From Tubulanus polymorphus (Eukaryota > Animalia > Nemertea), in the NCBI RefSeq assembly GCF_964204645.1, contig NC_134035.1, positions 7,534,451 to 7,598,450 on the forward strand: a DNA stretch of 64,000 bases, read 5' to 3'. Of the stretch, positions 28,732-41,300 are shown one piece after another. The notes under the pieces are model-generated. The model made no database searches and had not been told where the DNA came from. It worked only from the letters and a program-made list of their open reading frames with translations. The stretch's first letter is position 1. Each line of letters opens with the position of its first letter. The position numbers and the translations under genes were made by a program.

Positions 28732-28820
28732 AATCTGAAACCTATTGAAAACTAAATTAATTGGGATCGAAGCGAACAGCGGTGCGACTAATTAATTTAA
28801 TTTTCAATAGGTTTCAGATT
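28732..28820. repeat. Hairpin with a ~32-bp stem and GC-rich loop
   Basis: AATCTGAAACCTATTGAAAA pairs perfectly with TTTTCAATAGGTTTCAGATT (20 bp), plus an inner imperfect stem. Confidence 0.9.
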
Positions 28821-29925
28821 CATTTATTCATTCATTTATTTATTTATTTCTTGAATAATTTACATCAATAGATACCAGATTCACAAAATGACAATGAAGT
28901 GCCGAGCACTGACACCATATTGAAGGATGCGGACAGCACCGTGATGGAAACTGTGCCGAGCACTGGTACCAGCCGCGATCACACGAACAAATTACGCCTA
29001 GGTCAAATTTGGCATGGAACAACTGTTCACACGGATGCCATATGGACCCGAGCCTGTTTGGCCCGGGCTGAATTTGGCCCGACCAAAAACGTCGGACCAG
29101 GCCCGAGCCAGATTTTAGCACCAGACAAATGATTGCGTTTGAATTGCTACTGGCACCGGAAATGATCCACTTCGCTTTGTTTGAGCATTGTTTAGTATCG
29201 ACTGAATGGTTTGCGTGTGAACGCGCTCTCTAATTGGGCACGGGCCAAATTTGGGCCGAGCTTGATCCATGCCAATTTGGCCCGAGCCAAATCGTGTCCG
29301 TGTGATCGCGGCTATTGGAGGAAGTGGATGGCACCGCGATTGAAACTGTGCCGAGCACCGATACCACATTGGAGGATACGGAATCTCCGTTTTTCATGGC
29401 TTGTTTTTTTCACGGATGTGTCTGATCTCAGCCGCCGTCTCTGGACCTATAGTTCTCGCTAATTGAGATACGCGCTCCCCATCGGGAAACTTCACACACC
29501 TATAGGCGACCCCTTTTTACCCGTTCTTTTCGGGAGCTTATAAACTCGTTGAAACTGAATACCTTCTGCGTCACTAACTTCAAACATATCTTTAAACACG
29601 GAACGAAGGAGGAGCGCACAATTTTTGCGGTTTGGATTTTTACTTTCAGTTTCGCCGGCTCCAACATCAAATCGCATCATATATATCATAGGACTCTAAG
29701 TTGTTAATTCGTTCCATATTTCTCTTGGTCATTTCCGCAATATCAGACACTGTGTTATTCATTTCCAGCATGTCGGCCCGCATACAATCATGTTTTAGTC
29801 GGGTATTTATAACATAATTGTTTGTATAGCAGTCATATCTTTTTTTTCTAATATATCGGTTCGTTTAGTTAATGGAAAGATGGAGGCGGAAATACTCCCG
29901 ACTGCAACATTGAGATCGGGTGAGA
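28821..29925 (-). mobile_element. Dispersed repeat (retroelement-like, LINE ORF1-like fragment) with a nested palindromic MITE at about 28971-29314
   Basis: A second copy lies at about 38405-39570. Minus-strand fragment NCALLLRSVFKDMFEV..IQFQRVYKL. MITE TIR AGCCGCGATCACACG. Confidence 0.65.
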
Positions 29926-30364
29926 AACATTGAGAAAATGATCGCTCAATTTAGATATAACTTAGACCAATTGCTTGTTGTTATTTGAAATATCAAATCA
30001 ATGAATTAAATGAATAGTTTATGAGAAGCTTTTTACAAGCTAGTTTGTTGCAATTTATGATATCAAATCAACAATGAAATGAATAGTTCACGACGATTTG
30101 ACGCACTAATTAGTTATAATTAATCGAATCAAGAGTTTGGTTGAAAGCATTAGATTAAAATTCTTGTTCTTCTTTTTTCTTATTCTTATGTGATCGGTTT
30201 GCCGGTTGATGACGCACATCCAATTTGATTGACAAACGTTTAAGTTTGATAAAATAAATTCCGCATCAGAAATGGTGTCTTCAAGTTGGGATTAAATTTG
30301 GTTTAAAATAGTTGAATACTTTTTGCTGTGCCCTCTTGGAAAAATGCTCTCCACGCCGTTTACG

Positions 30365-31640
30365 TGATATAATGATTCTCATAATATAATATATCTATAA
30401 CATCATTTGAATCATAATCTTTTGATAAATATAAAGGTTCTAATGTGTAATGTTTTGTATAATCACCTTTTGTATTTGGTAATTTAATCAAATCGAATAT
30501 ATTTATTTTTGTATTATTATCTCTTTCTATTTCTGGTATATCCTTATATCTAACGGGATACCTATCTATCTTATAATTATTTTCAAATGGTATATAATTT
30601 GATAATCGATAAATATGATGAGTTGCAGGATGTAAACAACTTATGATTGACCATAGAAAACAATTATCATCTTCGTTTTGTACATTTATAACAGCATTAG
30701 TTTTGAATGGTAAATTAATATAACTTGTTGCTTCAATATCTGGATCTTTATAATATGATAAATTTTTTTCATCTATTGGCTTTTTTCATCTATTGGCTTA
30801 GTTGATTTATTAATTTTTGTATTGTACACGTGTAACGTCATAAACATTATTTCATCGAATATCAAACCAGATCCTTTGTAATAAGTCTCTTCTATTTTAT
30901 TTTTTACATCATTATAACATTTATCTAATCTATCATCTATATGCCGTTTAGATGTAATATGTTATGAATGAGAATTTATATTATATATTGGTTGATCTTC
31001 AGATTTTATAAATTTAACTTTAGCAGATATACTAATTTTTGGTATTCTATATCTGTAATTATTTTTATTATATCTTTCATATTTTCTCATATTTTTTTAT
31101 TTTCTTCTAATGTTTTACCTTTATAAAGTTTAAATTCAATAGCAGCTTGACCAATATTTGATTTAAAAGCTTCAGTTATTTCTATTTCTTTTTTATCATC
31201 TAATGAATCAAATATAATTTCTAACATCTTCCATGTATGGTCTTTCATTGTTTAATTTATTTTTTATATTTCTTACTATCTTTTCTTTCTTATCATTATC
31301 TTTATCAAAATAATCTTCACCTAAAATATCATTGTTAATATTTCTAATATGACATTTAGATTTTAAATGTTGTAAATAATATATTTTGTTACTGAATGAT
31401 TGATTACATGTATCACATTTATATAGTTCTTTTTCATTCTTCAGTTCTTCTAATTTAGTTTCTAGTATATCATCTTTATATTCTAATTTCGATTTATTTT
31501 CTAAGTGAGATTTAGTTTTATTATGTCTTGCTTTTTGAGATTTATCTATATTCTTTTTACATGTGGGGCAGAAGTACTTCTTGTTTGCTTTAATATATAA
31601 TTTTTTATTAAAATTGATTTCATTATGATATATGTTATAT
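30365..31640 (-). pseudogene. Decayed 5' part of a paralogous Polinton pPolB (zinc fingers to the CFLWSII region)
   Basis: Translates to YFCPTCKK..RHNKTKSH, PYMEDVRNYI and AVINVQNEDDNCFLWSIISCLHPATHHIYRL, homologous to 48756-50010. Confidence 0.88.
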
Positions 31641-31665
31641 ATAAAATATTGTATATAAATATTAG

Positions 31666-32067
31666 AGTAAGTGTTTAATAGTTGTTTCAGGCTAGAGGTT
31701 GAAAGGTTGAGTGAATAAAAAAACAAATATAAAAAGTAATTTTAATTTCTAACCTTAATATATATTCATAGTCGTGTGTATTTTAAGGTAATTATTAAAG
31801 GAATAAATTAATATTACTAGAAAAGATTTAATTATATAAATCTATTCTATTGTGTTTAATATAAATTGGTCGCTCCGTTCCCAATTTATTCAATTTCAAT
31901 AAGCTTTGAAATTAAAATTACTAATATTTTAGAATAAATGTTTATACAATATATTTAAAAATACACACGACTATGAATATATATTATAGTTAGAAATTAA
32001 ATTACTTTTTATATTTGTTTTTTTATTCACTCGACCTCTGGCCTGAAACAACTATTATACACTTACT
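31666..32067. repeat. 402-bp fold-back with ~115-bp inverted arms that have Polinton-like AGT...ACT ends and a central hairpin
   Basis: Arms at 31666-31784 and 31958-32067; hairpin ATAAATTGG-TCGCTCCGTTC-CCAATTTAT at 31861-31889. Confidence 0.9.
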
Positions 32068-33091
32068 CCCGAGCCCCGAAACGATGACAGCTACAAATCC
32101 AGACGAGTGTGTGTCCGAACCCTCTTCGAATACACATATATACGAATAGATTTATCATTGCATTAACGGAGTGTAATAAGTACCCTAAATGATAAGGTCT
32201 ATATTTCCGTGCCAGGTTCGTCGGTAAAACCGCCGGTAGAAACGTGTTCACTAAATCTAATACGTACTCGGCCATGAATATTACGTTCAAAGCCAGTATT
32301 GTCATTGTGATTTGTCGACTTTGTTTGCTATGCATAGAATTCGATTCTTTTTCGCTTTTCTGCAGTGTCCGACGCGTTAAAGCCGCCGCCCGCACTAGGA
32401 AAACCATATGAACGTTACACGCCGAGACAATCAGACCGGGGATCGTTTTCAGAACTATTTGACCGAAAATGAAATCGTAATAAAACGCATATCGTCGATT
32501 CAGAAGCAACAGTTTCCGTTGGCCTGTGTACGTACACGGTTGATCGTGATGAACTGTATACGTCTCTTTATCCCAGATTGTCGGTATTTCAAAGGCGAAT
32601 GTTAGAATCCAAGCAATTGCTGAAATACGGAATGCAATACCGATTCTACATATTCTTCTGGCTGAAAGTGGGAACCTAATGGCTATGTAGCGATCAATAC
32701 TTAACGCGAAAAGAATCCAGGGACTCGTATTTGTGGTCATCTGGAATATTACGTCGACGTACAAGTGGACATAGTAGGCGTAAGCTCGATAGATGTAATC
32801 GTAGCGAATGAATTCAAACGGGTTGTACGATGATAAAATTCGCAAGTCACGTCCAAATACCCCGGTTAAACAGTTCGTTGCATCGGCTATAGCGAGCACC
32901 TGAAGATACACTATACTGCTGCCTCTAAGTGACATGGTGCGAAGAACTATGAACGCAAGGGTGTTGGAGATGATACCAATGGAGTAAAGTATCGCACGAG
33001 CGATCGTCATCAAGACAGCATATGAGTACGTACCGGTACCGAACTTTCCATCACAGATCGAACTGCAGCATACGTCGGTGTAGTTTGCCAT
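32063..33091 (-). CDS. Intronless class A GPCR, FMRFamide/peptide-receptor-like
   Basis: Seven hydrophobic segments; SNTLAF (TM1), LAIAD (TM2), SIDRYIAIRFPL, INLFVY (TM7). Likely start MANYT, which carries an N-glycosylation site. Confidence 0.88.
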   Translation of the reverse strand: MANYTDVCCSSICDGKFGTGTYSYAVLMTIARAILYSIGIISNTLAFIVLRTMSLRGSSIVYLQVLAIADATNCLTGVFGRDLRILSSYNPFEFIRYDYIYRAYAYYVHLYVDVIFQMTTNTSPWILFALSIDRYIAIRFPLSARRICRIGIAFRISAIAWILTFAFEIPTIWDKETYTVHHDQPCTYTGQRKLLLLNRRYAFYYDFIFGQIVLKTIPGLIVSACNVHMVFLVRAAALTRRTLQKSEKESNSMHSKQSRQITMTILALNVIFMAEYVLDLVNTFLPAVLPTNLARKYRPYHLGYLLHSVNAMINLFVYMCIRRGFGHTLVWICSCHRFGARE

Positions 33092-33661
33092 AATCGTCGA
33101 CGTAATTCCTCGATTCGTTATATGCAAGGATCGTGAAATTACCTCCAGAGAGTGATGAAATTGATGGAAGATTACACGCGATTATGCGATTGCTACACGT
33201 GAACTACGTCCATTTTCTTGGCGTCTTTCTCATGGAAGCAAGCCGATCAATAATCATTATACATCATATTTCTGTAGCTTGCCGCCGACAATGGATATCA
33301 CTCGATAGTTTCTTAAGTTCAGTCCGTAGTTTTCCGATAGAACATTATGATTCACTGTTTCAAATGCACGTAAAAGGTCATAAAATTTTCCTAACGGCAT
33401 TTTATATCAATGGTTCTTCCTGAATAGAATCCAAATCGATATGGAGACGGTATTATATACTTTAACCTCATGTGTTTATTACCTTTTCTAAGATCGTAGA
33501 AACACACGGGAGGAGAGATGATGCCGGTCTGTTCTAGATTTAGCCAGAGGTATTATATTCGATGATTTTAAAGATTCGGGTATTTGCTAATGTAGACAAA
33601 TATATACTGAAAATATGAACTAACGGCAGACACAGAAATAGCACGAGGATCTTTGGACTGA

Positions 33662-34601
33662 TATGGGCGGCCATCCCCGCCAAACAGACGTTTAAGTCAT
33701 TACGTGAAGGATAAACCCATAACGTGAAGCATAAACTCATAACATGAAGGATAATGTCATGGCGTGATGGACCAACTCTCGTTATCAAGGATAAACCTGT
33801 TATGTCACCAGATGGCATGCCAGTCGGTCGAAATCAATTTTTTGTTCGCAGGCGTCATGACATGTGAACTTTAATGACTCCAGCATGAGCGTTACTGTAG
33901 TTTCTATTAGTTTGATAATAGTTTCTGTAGTTTGATCCTTATTTCAAATTGATGACCACAATGTCGCTGATTTATTCTATTAGGAGTGCTATTAATCCCA
34001 AAAATTATTCATAGATGTGAGTCTCGATTGACTCTGTTTTGCTCACAACTGCGGACGGACCAGGATCAGGCATTCTTCGTTTTTTGTCGATAATTGCTTA
34101 AGAAGATCTTTCGCATTTTTGGATAACGGGTTATGTCTTGCAGTAAGCTAAGAATTTGAGATATATAGCGGTGTAAGAATAAATCCTAACATATTTTTCT
34201 ATTACACAATTTTGGGATTCGAACCTGATAGCACATACACATATATACTGGGGCCTTCAAAGTTTATTATTTCATACTTGAGATAAGAAACCTTTTACGC
34301 GGCAAACAAAGAAAACTAGCGATACTTCATAATTTGCGGGATTCGAACCTAATACGCAGAAACTTATTTACGTTACCATGTCATGACGCCTGCGCACAAC
34401 TGAACATATTTCTGATCGACTGGCACGCCATCTGGTGACATAATAGGTTTATCCATGATGACGTGAGTTGATCCTTCACGTCATGACATTAACCTTCATG
34501 TTGTGAGTTAATCCTTCACGTTACTACATTAAACTTCACGTTATAGGTTTATCCTTCACGTTATGACTTAAGTGTCTGTTTGGCGGGGATGGCCGCCCAT
34601 A
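33662..34601. mobile_element. Non-autonomous TIR DNA transposon (TATGG...CCATA termini, 6-bp TSD GACTGA, IS3EU-like)
   Basis: Long TIR TATGGGCGGCCATCCCCGCCAAACAGAC..., with GACTGA on both sides. Confidence 0.88.
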
Positions 34602-35330
34602 GACTGATATTACAGACCATCATGACCAGCGTTATTTCTGAGACAATATTGTTTCAATTTCTAATGAATCTGTAGGCAAGAAAAATAAATAATATTTTGT
34701 TTTGGCGTACCAAAAAAAGGAGAAAAACACTTGTTAGTCGGGAAAATATTATAACCGCCATTGAATTTGGACCCGCTTGTGCAAAGCTGTTTATAAATTC
34801 ATTGGCTATACTAAGAATATTTGTGCATGTACGACCATTCAGATTCTGTTCAAAAACATCAGGAAATTTAGTGCATTTGAGATGCTGCATAGGTGAAAAA
34901 CAGTTTATGGTTTGAACCAGTAAATTAAGTGGCCCAGATGTTGAATTAAGCATCTAAATTCCTTCATAGTTTCATTACATTAAATATAAGAGGTTTGTTC
35001 GTCGTTCTTGCACTCTGTCAGACGATGAATTACAGGTAATTCGTTCTATAGTCTTTTGTCGCTCAGTCTTCGACAAAGCTACTATGCATTAGTAGCGGGT
35101 ATCTTAAAAAACGGGCACTGTTCTGTTCAAAATCTCGTGCACTGGGTCCATTCAAGGTTTCGTGACAGTCTCGATCCTATCCAGGTTCGAATCCTACCGA
35201 GTGATCAGATGCCACAAGCATCAAATTCGCCGTAAACTGACAACCATTGATAAGTAAAAGCTTATTGCGTTTATGTTGATTCTAATTTGAATATATTTGT
35301 AATTGAAGATTTATTTTGGCTTGTCAACAA

Positions 35331-38300
35331 CTACTTAATGGATATTGGATCGACACAGACCGCCTGTATCCTACAACCCTGACTGTAGTGAGTACATGCA
35401 GCAGACGTTACACACGTTTTCGCTCCGGATTTGATTGGTTTTATTCTATGTATGGTGTAACGGTGCGAGTATCTGAAAACATAAAACATTCAAAGTATGA
35501 TGCCCGAAATTGGGGACTGCAACAAAACGTTAGATCCTACGAGCATAAAAGCGCCTTTTAGAAATATTGTGTGAAGTACCACGCACCCGAGAATGATCTG
35601 AATCAAAAATCGGTAGCGATTGGACCATTGGTATATCACCGAGTTGAATCGGGGAAAAAATGTTTTCGATCAAAGCTATGTTTAAGTAAAAATCTGTTGG
35701 GTGGTCTAGCGCGTTGACCGTTACCAGGCGAGGAAGGCTGTAATATAAATACTCACCTGTTAACTATGCCGCAAGATCTGACAACCAGATCGCCGGGACA
35801 GGTGATTGTCGGGGATACGGAAAACGTTCTCGTTTCGACAACGGCATAGATATTCTGACAGGTGGGATCAATACACTGACAAATGGCGATCGGCTGAAAA
35901 TAACAACCTCAAAAACTATTATCAACATAAAATGGCCCCCTCTCGCAGTGGCTTATGGAGAAAATCTAGTGCGTATAGTTAAGCCATCAATCTCCTGTGT
36001 CTGTACATCCCTCAGACAATCTACTGTCTGTACCCAGCACTCCCTCAGACAATCTACTGTCTGTACCCAGCACTCCCTCAGACAATCTGCTGTCTGTACC
36101 CTACACCCTCTCAGACAACCTGCTGTCTGTACGCAACTCTCCATCAGACAATCTGCTGTCTTTCCCCTGCACCCTCTCAGACAACCTGCTATCTGTACCC
36201 AGCACTCCCTCGGACAATCTGCTGTCTGTACCCAGCACTCCCTCAGACAATCTGGTCTGTACCCTGTATCCCTCAGACATTCTGCTGTCTGTGCCCTTCG
36301 TCCCTCAGACAATCTGCTGTCTGTACCCTGTATCCCCTCCGACAACCTGCTGTCTGTAACCTGCATCCTTTCCGACAATCTGCCGTCTGTATCCTGCACC
36401 CTCTCAGACAATGTGCTGTCTGTACGCATCACTCCCTCAGACAATCTGCTGTCTGTACCCTGCACCCTTTCAGACAACCTGCTATCTGTACCCAGCACTC
36501 CCTCAGACAATCTGCTGTCTGTACCCAGCACTCCCTCAGACAATCTGGTCTGTACCCTGTATCCCTCAGACATTCTGCTGTCTGTGCCCTTCGTCCCTCA
36601 GACAATCTGCTGTCTGTACCCTGTATCCCCTCCGACAACCTGCTGTCTGTAACCTGCATCCTTTCCGACAATCTGCTGTCTGTATCCTGCACCCTATTAG
36701 ACAATATCTGCTGATTAGATTGACGTTTCGTCAGTTTTAAGAATGGTGATTGCCTGAAGGGGTGTGTTTATTTGTGAACCTGCAAATAATTAATCAAATA
36801 TCCCTACGATAGAATGTCACTCTATGGTTTTCTATAACAATCAGTTATTACCTTGACTGGAACTGTTCTCAAGGTATGCGTCACTCTACAAGTGTCGTTT
36901 TTAATCACCATATTCGAGTCACAGTGTTTGTCATTTGAACAACGGCACTGAGTAACGACATAACCAGCCGGGCACGTGACCTCGCTGATGGCATCGTCCC
37001 TAGTCGAAGTTGCTAGCCCTGTCTTCTCAATCGTTATTCCGCCAAGCACATCACTTACAGAAAGGATTCCTTCACGTAAATGAAATTATATTCATTCCTT
37101 TAGTATATAATGCATTTGATACGATAGTTTTAAGTGTTTGATGCGCAAATGTGCAATATCAAGACTGTAACCCAGGCAAACAGAGAATTAGTTTTTTCCA
37201 CTCTTTGTATAGATTTACAAATACTGGGACTGAGTCGAGTGCTGACAAAACATTGAAATCATTGAAATCATCATTTATTTGATGCCACGAACCCAATGAC
37301 ATCATGAGACTCTACCACAGTACAAATCCCGGCCCTTAGTAGACACATCCTCCCTCAGCAGGGAGTTGAACCTCATGACATCATGAAATTCCTGCCACAA
37401 TATATAAACTCTGTCATGGTAGAGACGTCCTCCCTCAGCAGGGATTTGATGACATCATGAGACTCTGTCACAGTACAAACCCCGCCTATAAACATATTTT
37501 CCTTCAGCAGGGATTTGAATCCAAAAGAATAGTGAAACTTTGACAAGTAAGAGGATGAATGACACTTGGCGTGTATTCATACATACCGATTATTGCTACG
37601 ACGAGAAATTTCATCTGAAAATATATAAATTAATTTGATTCAATGAAAAATACACGCTAAGAAAGCCGTCGAAAATAGATAAATGTATAGCCCTCCGCAC
37701 ACGGCATCGAAAAAGCGTTTTCGATGCATTTTGTTATGCCGTGTGCGGGGGTCAATTCGTTCGTATTTTTAGGCTGATCTTCCGGTACATACGTGAAAAT
37801 ACCACAATTAAATATTCCCCTTCCTTCCAAGATTAATTTCACAACAGAATGTATCAATATATTTTTGGAAGAATCATTCCTGCCATGGCACTCATCAAAA
37901 TCATTGATGAAATTTCTTAGTATAGAGATAAAAATCCGACTAGCAGTGTTTATTTGAATTTAACGAAAACCTTTGATAATCGTGAAAATCCGATTCTAAT
38001 GGAAAATAGTCAAGCACTCTGCAGCTGCTGACGAAATCATTTGGAAAACAGACAAGTTCAAATTGAAAATTGTAAGTCGCGATTTTTGAATATATCTTCT
38101 GGCGTGCTAATACGATTCAATATTGCTACTTCAAAAACGTGCGGTTCAAATAGTAATGAATTCAAATTATCTAGAAGACTCGAAATACTTTAGAATTAAA
38201 GGAATGGACAATTTACAGTTCGGATGATTCATGTTTAATAATAACAAATCCATGGCACAGTTATGTTTGTGTAAATCCTTATCAGAGTTGTGTATGGTGG

Positions 38301-41300
38301 GGCCTCAGCAGTATTCCGTTATGACCTTCCACTCATCTGGATTAGATGTATTCCAGTGTAACTTTACTACCTTTTTAGCATTAATAAACAGTTAAAACGT
38401 GCAGAAATACATTTATTTATTCATTGATTTATTTTCATGAATAATTTATATCAATAAATACCAGATTCACAAAATGACAATGAATAAGTGTCGAGCACTG
38501 ACACCATATTGGAGGATGCGGAAAGCACCGCGATGGTTCACTTGGGTCCCCATTATTCTAAATCCCGTTAGCTTGTCTTCCTCCGCTTGATACTTCCATT
38601 CGCTCACTCATTTACTCACTCATTCCTTGATTAAACTTTGATTTCCTTGCCTTTGGTTTTAGTCTGACTGCCACTTAGTTTGTCCCCGCATTATAATCAC
38701 TCTGGTTACGGGCTTCGTTTTTGAATTACATTTAACTCGCATTACTTTACCCCCAGTTTGTCGTTTGCCTTCATTGTTGTCTCCCTTTGTTCCGGTTTTT
38801 GTTGTTTAATTACTTTAATCTTCATCCGTTGTCTGATTCTTATATAAATATTCTGTTATTTCATTATGTTCTCAGTACGCCGGATGATGGCTAATAGCAT
38901 TTTGCCGAAACGTTGCTCAAAATATATTCCTTTTAATATAGAACTTTTCATTTTTGACTGAATTTATTGTGGGATTTCTCTCGTTATCATCATGCACGGA
39001 TATTGTGTATCTTCTCGTCGCGCCGTGATGGAAACTGTGCCGAGCACTGATACCTTATTGGGGGATGCGGAATGTCCGTTTTTATGGCTTGTTTTTTGCG
39101 GATGTTTCTGATCTCAGCCACTGTCGAGATACGCGCTCTCCATCGGCAAGCGGCACGCACAGGCGACCGGTTCTTCTCGAGAGCCTATAAACTCGTTGAA
39201 ACTGAAACTTTCTGCATCACTAACTTCAAGCATATGTTTAAACACGGAACGTAGGATGAGCGCACAATTTCTGCGGTTTGGATTATAACTTTAAGTTTCT
39301 TCGACCCCGTAGAATATCAAATCGCTTCATAGATCATAGGTTTTACAAGTTGTTGATTCGTTCTATATTTCGCATGGTCATTTCCGCAATATCACACACG
39401 GTGTTATTCATTTCCAACATGTCGGCCCGCATACAATCATGTTTTAGTCGGGTATTTATAACAGCGGTCATATAGCAATGTAGCAGTCATATCTTTTTCT
39501 AATACACCGATGCGTTTAATAGAAAGATGGACGCGGAAATACTCCCGACTGCAGCATTGAGATCGGGTAAAATGTTTACTTTTTCCAGAACACTCGATTG
39601 CATTGTTTCAAGTTTAGAGCAACCGGGAAAGCCTCATAATTGACTTTCTAAACAATCATCCGGTGTCCATGTTAAGATATTCTTAAGCCCCACACACTCC
39701 TATGGGGGAGGGCTTCACTGACGAAGCCTTTGTTTACATGTCTTGGCGCTTGGATCGATGTCATCATAAACGGTTAGATATATAGATAGATTGTTTCAAT
39801 ATTTCAAATTCGATGTATGAGAAAAAATTAGTCTCGTGTAAAACTTGGACGGATTTATTTCGGGCTTTTTAAATGCACCGTCGGAATAAGGCACGGAGAA
39901 TGCATTTCTCCGATTCTCGTCAATTTATATGTTAATGATATGGAGGAGTATATCATTGCAACTGGTCATAATGGAATAAATAGTCTGCGAGTTGTTCAAA
40001 CTTTAAGCAGAAAAATCCCTTATTCAAACTGGTTTACTTCAAAAGACGGTATTATTTGTTTCAAATCCTCGGCCTGGTTCCACGTTTTAGCGAGATTTTG
40101 ATAAACATGTGCCTAGCTTCCATAATGATCAAAGTTTGAATACGGTGTTCATTTTACTTACATTTATATCGTGCGCCGATAACCAAAAAGAACGTTATTA
40201 CATAAATACCTTACTCTGGTGTCACAAATTTTCAGTGTGTTTGCTTCTGGGTTGTGTCAGCCAAGAAATGCGACCTATCGCGTTGAAAGCAGTTGCCAAA
40301 ATGCGAAGAGTTGCTGAACATAAATAGCGCTGAAAACAGGTGACGGGAACAAGATTCATTGCGTTTGAAGAGAACTGTCTCAAGGAGTAATGAAATTAGC
40401 TGTTAACAGTATTGAAGTACCGTGTACTTGCAAGTATTTCTGAAGTTTCTCATATAGCTAATGTTACCATATTGACTTAATCATTAACAATTGCAATCTA
40501 AGATCGAAATAATAGATTCAGTCGCTCTAGAGTTCTAGCCGAACAGCTGTTCTTCGCTTATATTTTCGAACACGGATATACTTTATACCTAAAACGCATT
40601 AGAATTTCGATCTTATTCGGCATAAAGATGAAACTAAAACTTAAAAATAACCAACGCATATAGAAGACTTATTTTCTACATTTTGAGAGTAACAAAAATA
40701 TGTTTTACAACCGTCAAATCTTTGCAAAATCTAGGTTTTTATTTTTTCGTTTCTGTAAATGCACTCTTTGCATATTAAGTGATATAATATTTCATGTAGA
40801 GCTTTCATTTTTATTATGAAAATATGAAAAGGAATGGTTTATCATTTGACCAGACTAGGTCATGATGTCATCCAAGATGGCCAACTTAGGATTGTGAAAT
40901 TATACATTTTGGATATCACTTCAAATAGTATTCCATATAGACCTTTCATATGGATATGTGTGACTAAAACTTTACTTAATTGGAGGCGGAGAACAACGCA
41001 TAACACTCGGACATGCATTGAACTTATACCTCCCTCCCGCCCACTCTCCCTGGCCTCTCTCCTTCTCTCCCTCTCATCGGATCATAGAGAGCCGATGATA
41101 CTGCTGGAATAATGGACTTCGCAGCTGGCACTTTAACGCACTAGTGGTGACAAAATATGTACACTTTTTATATATGTATATCTATGTACACATATACATG
41201 TATTTTTCATTTGAACCATATTTTCCCCTTCTGGCTACTGCATGTTGGTTTGAAAGAAGCGAGCCTTTTTCAGGAAGAAGCTGCTAGTTTCGCAGCGAGG

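Noticed and set aside
35948-36740. Long repetitive ORFs on both strands, or a CRISPR-like array
   Set aside because: It is an intronic minisatellite with no unique spacers.
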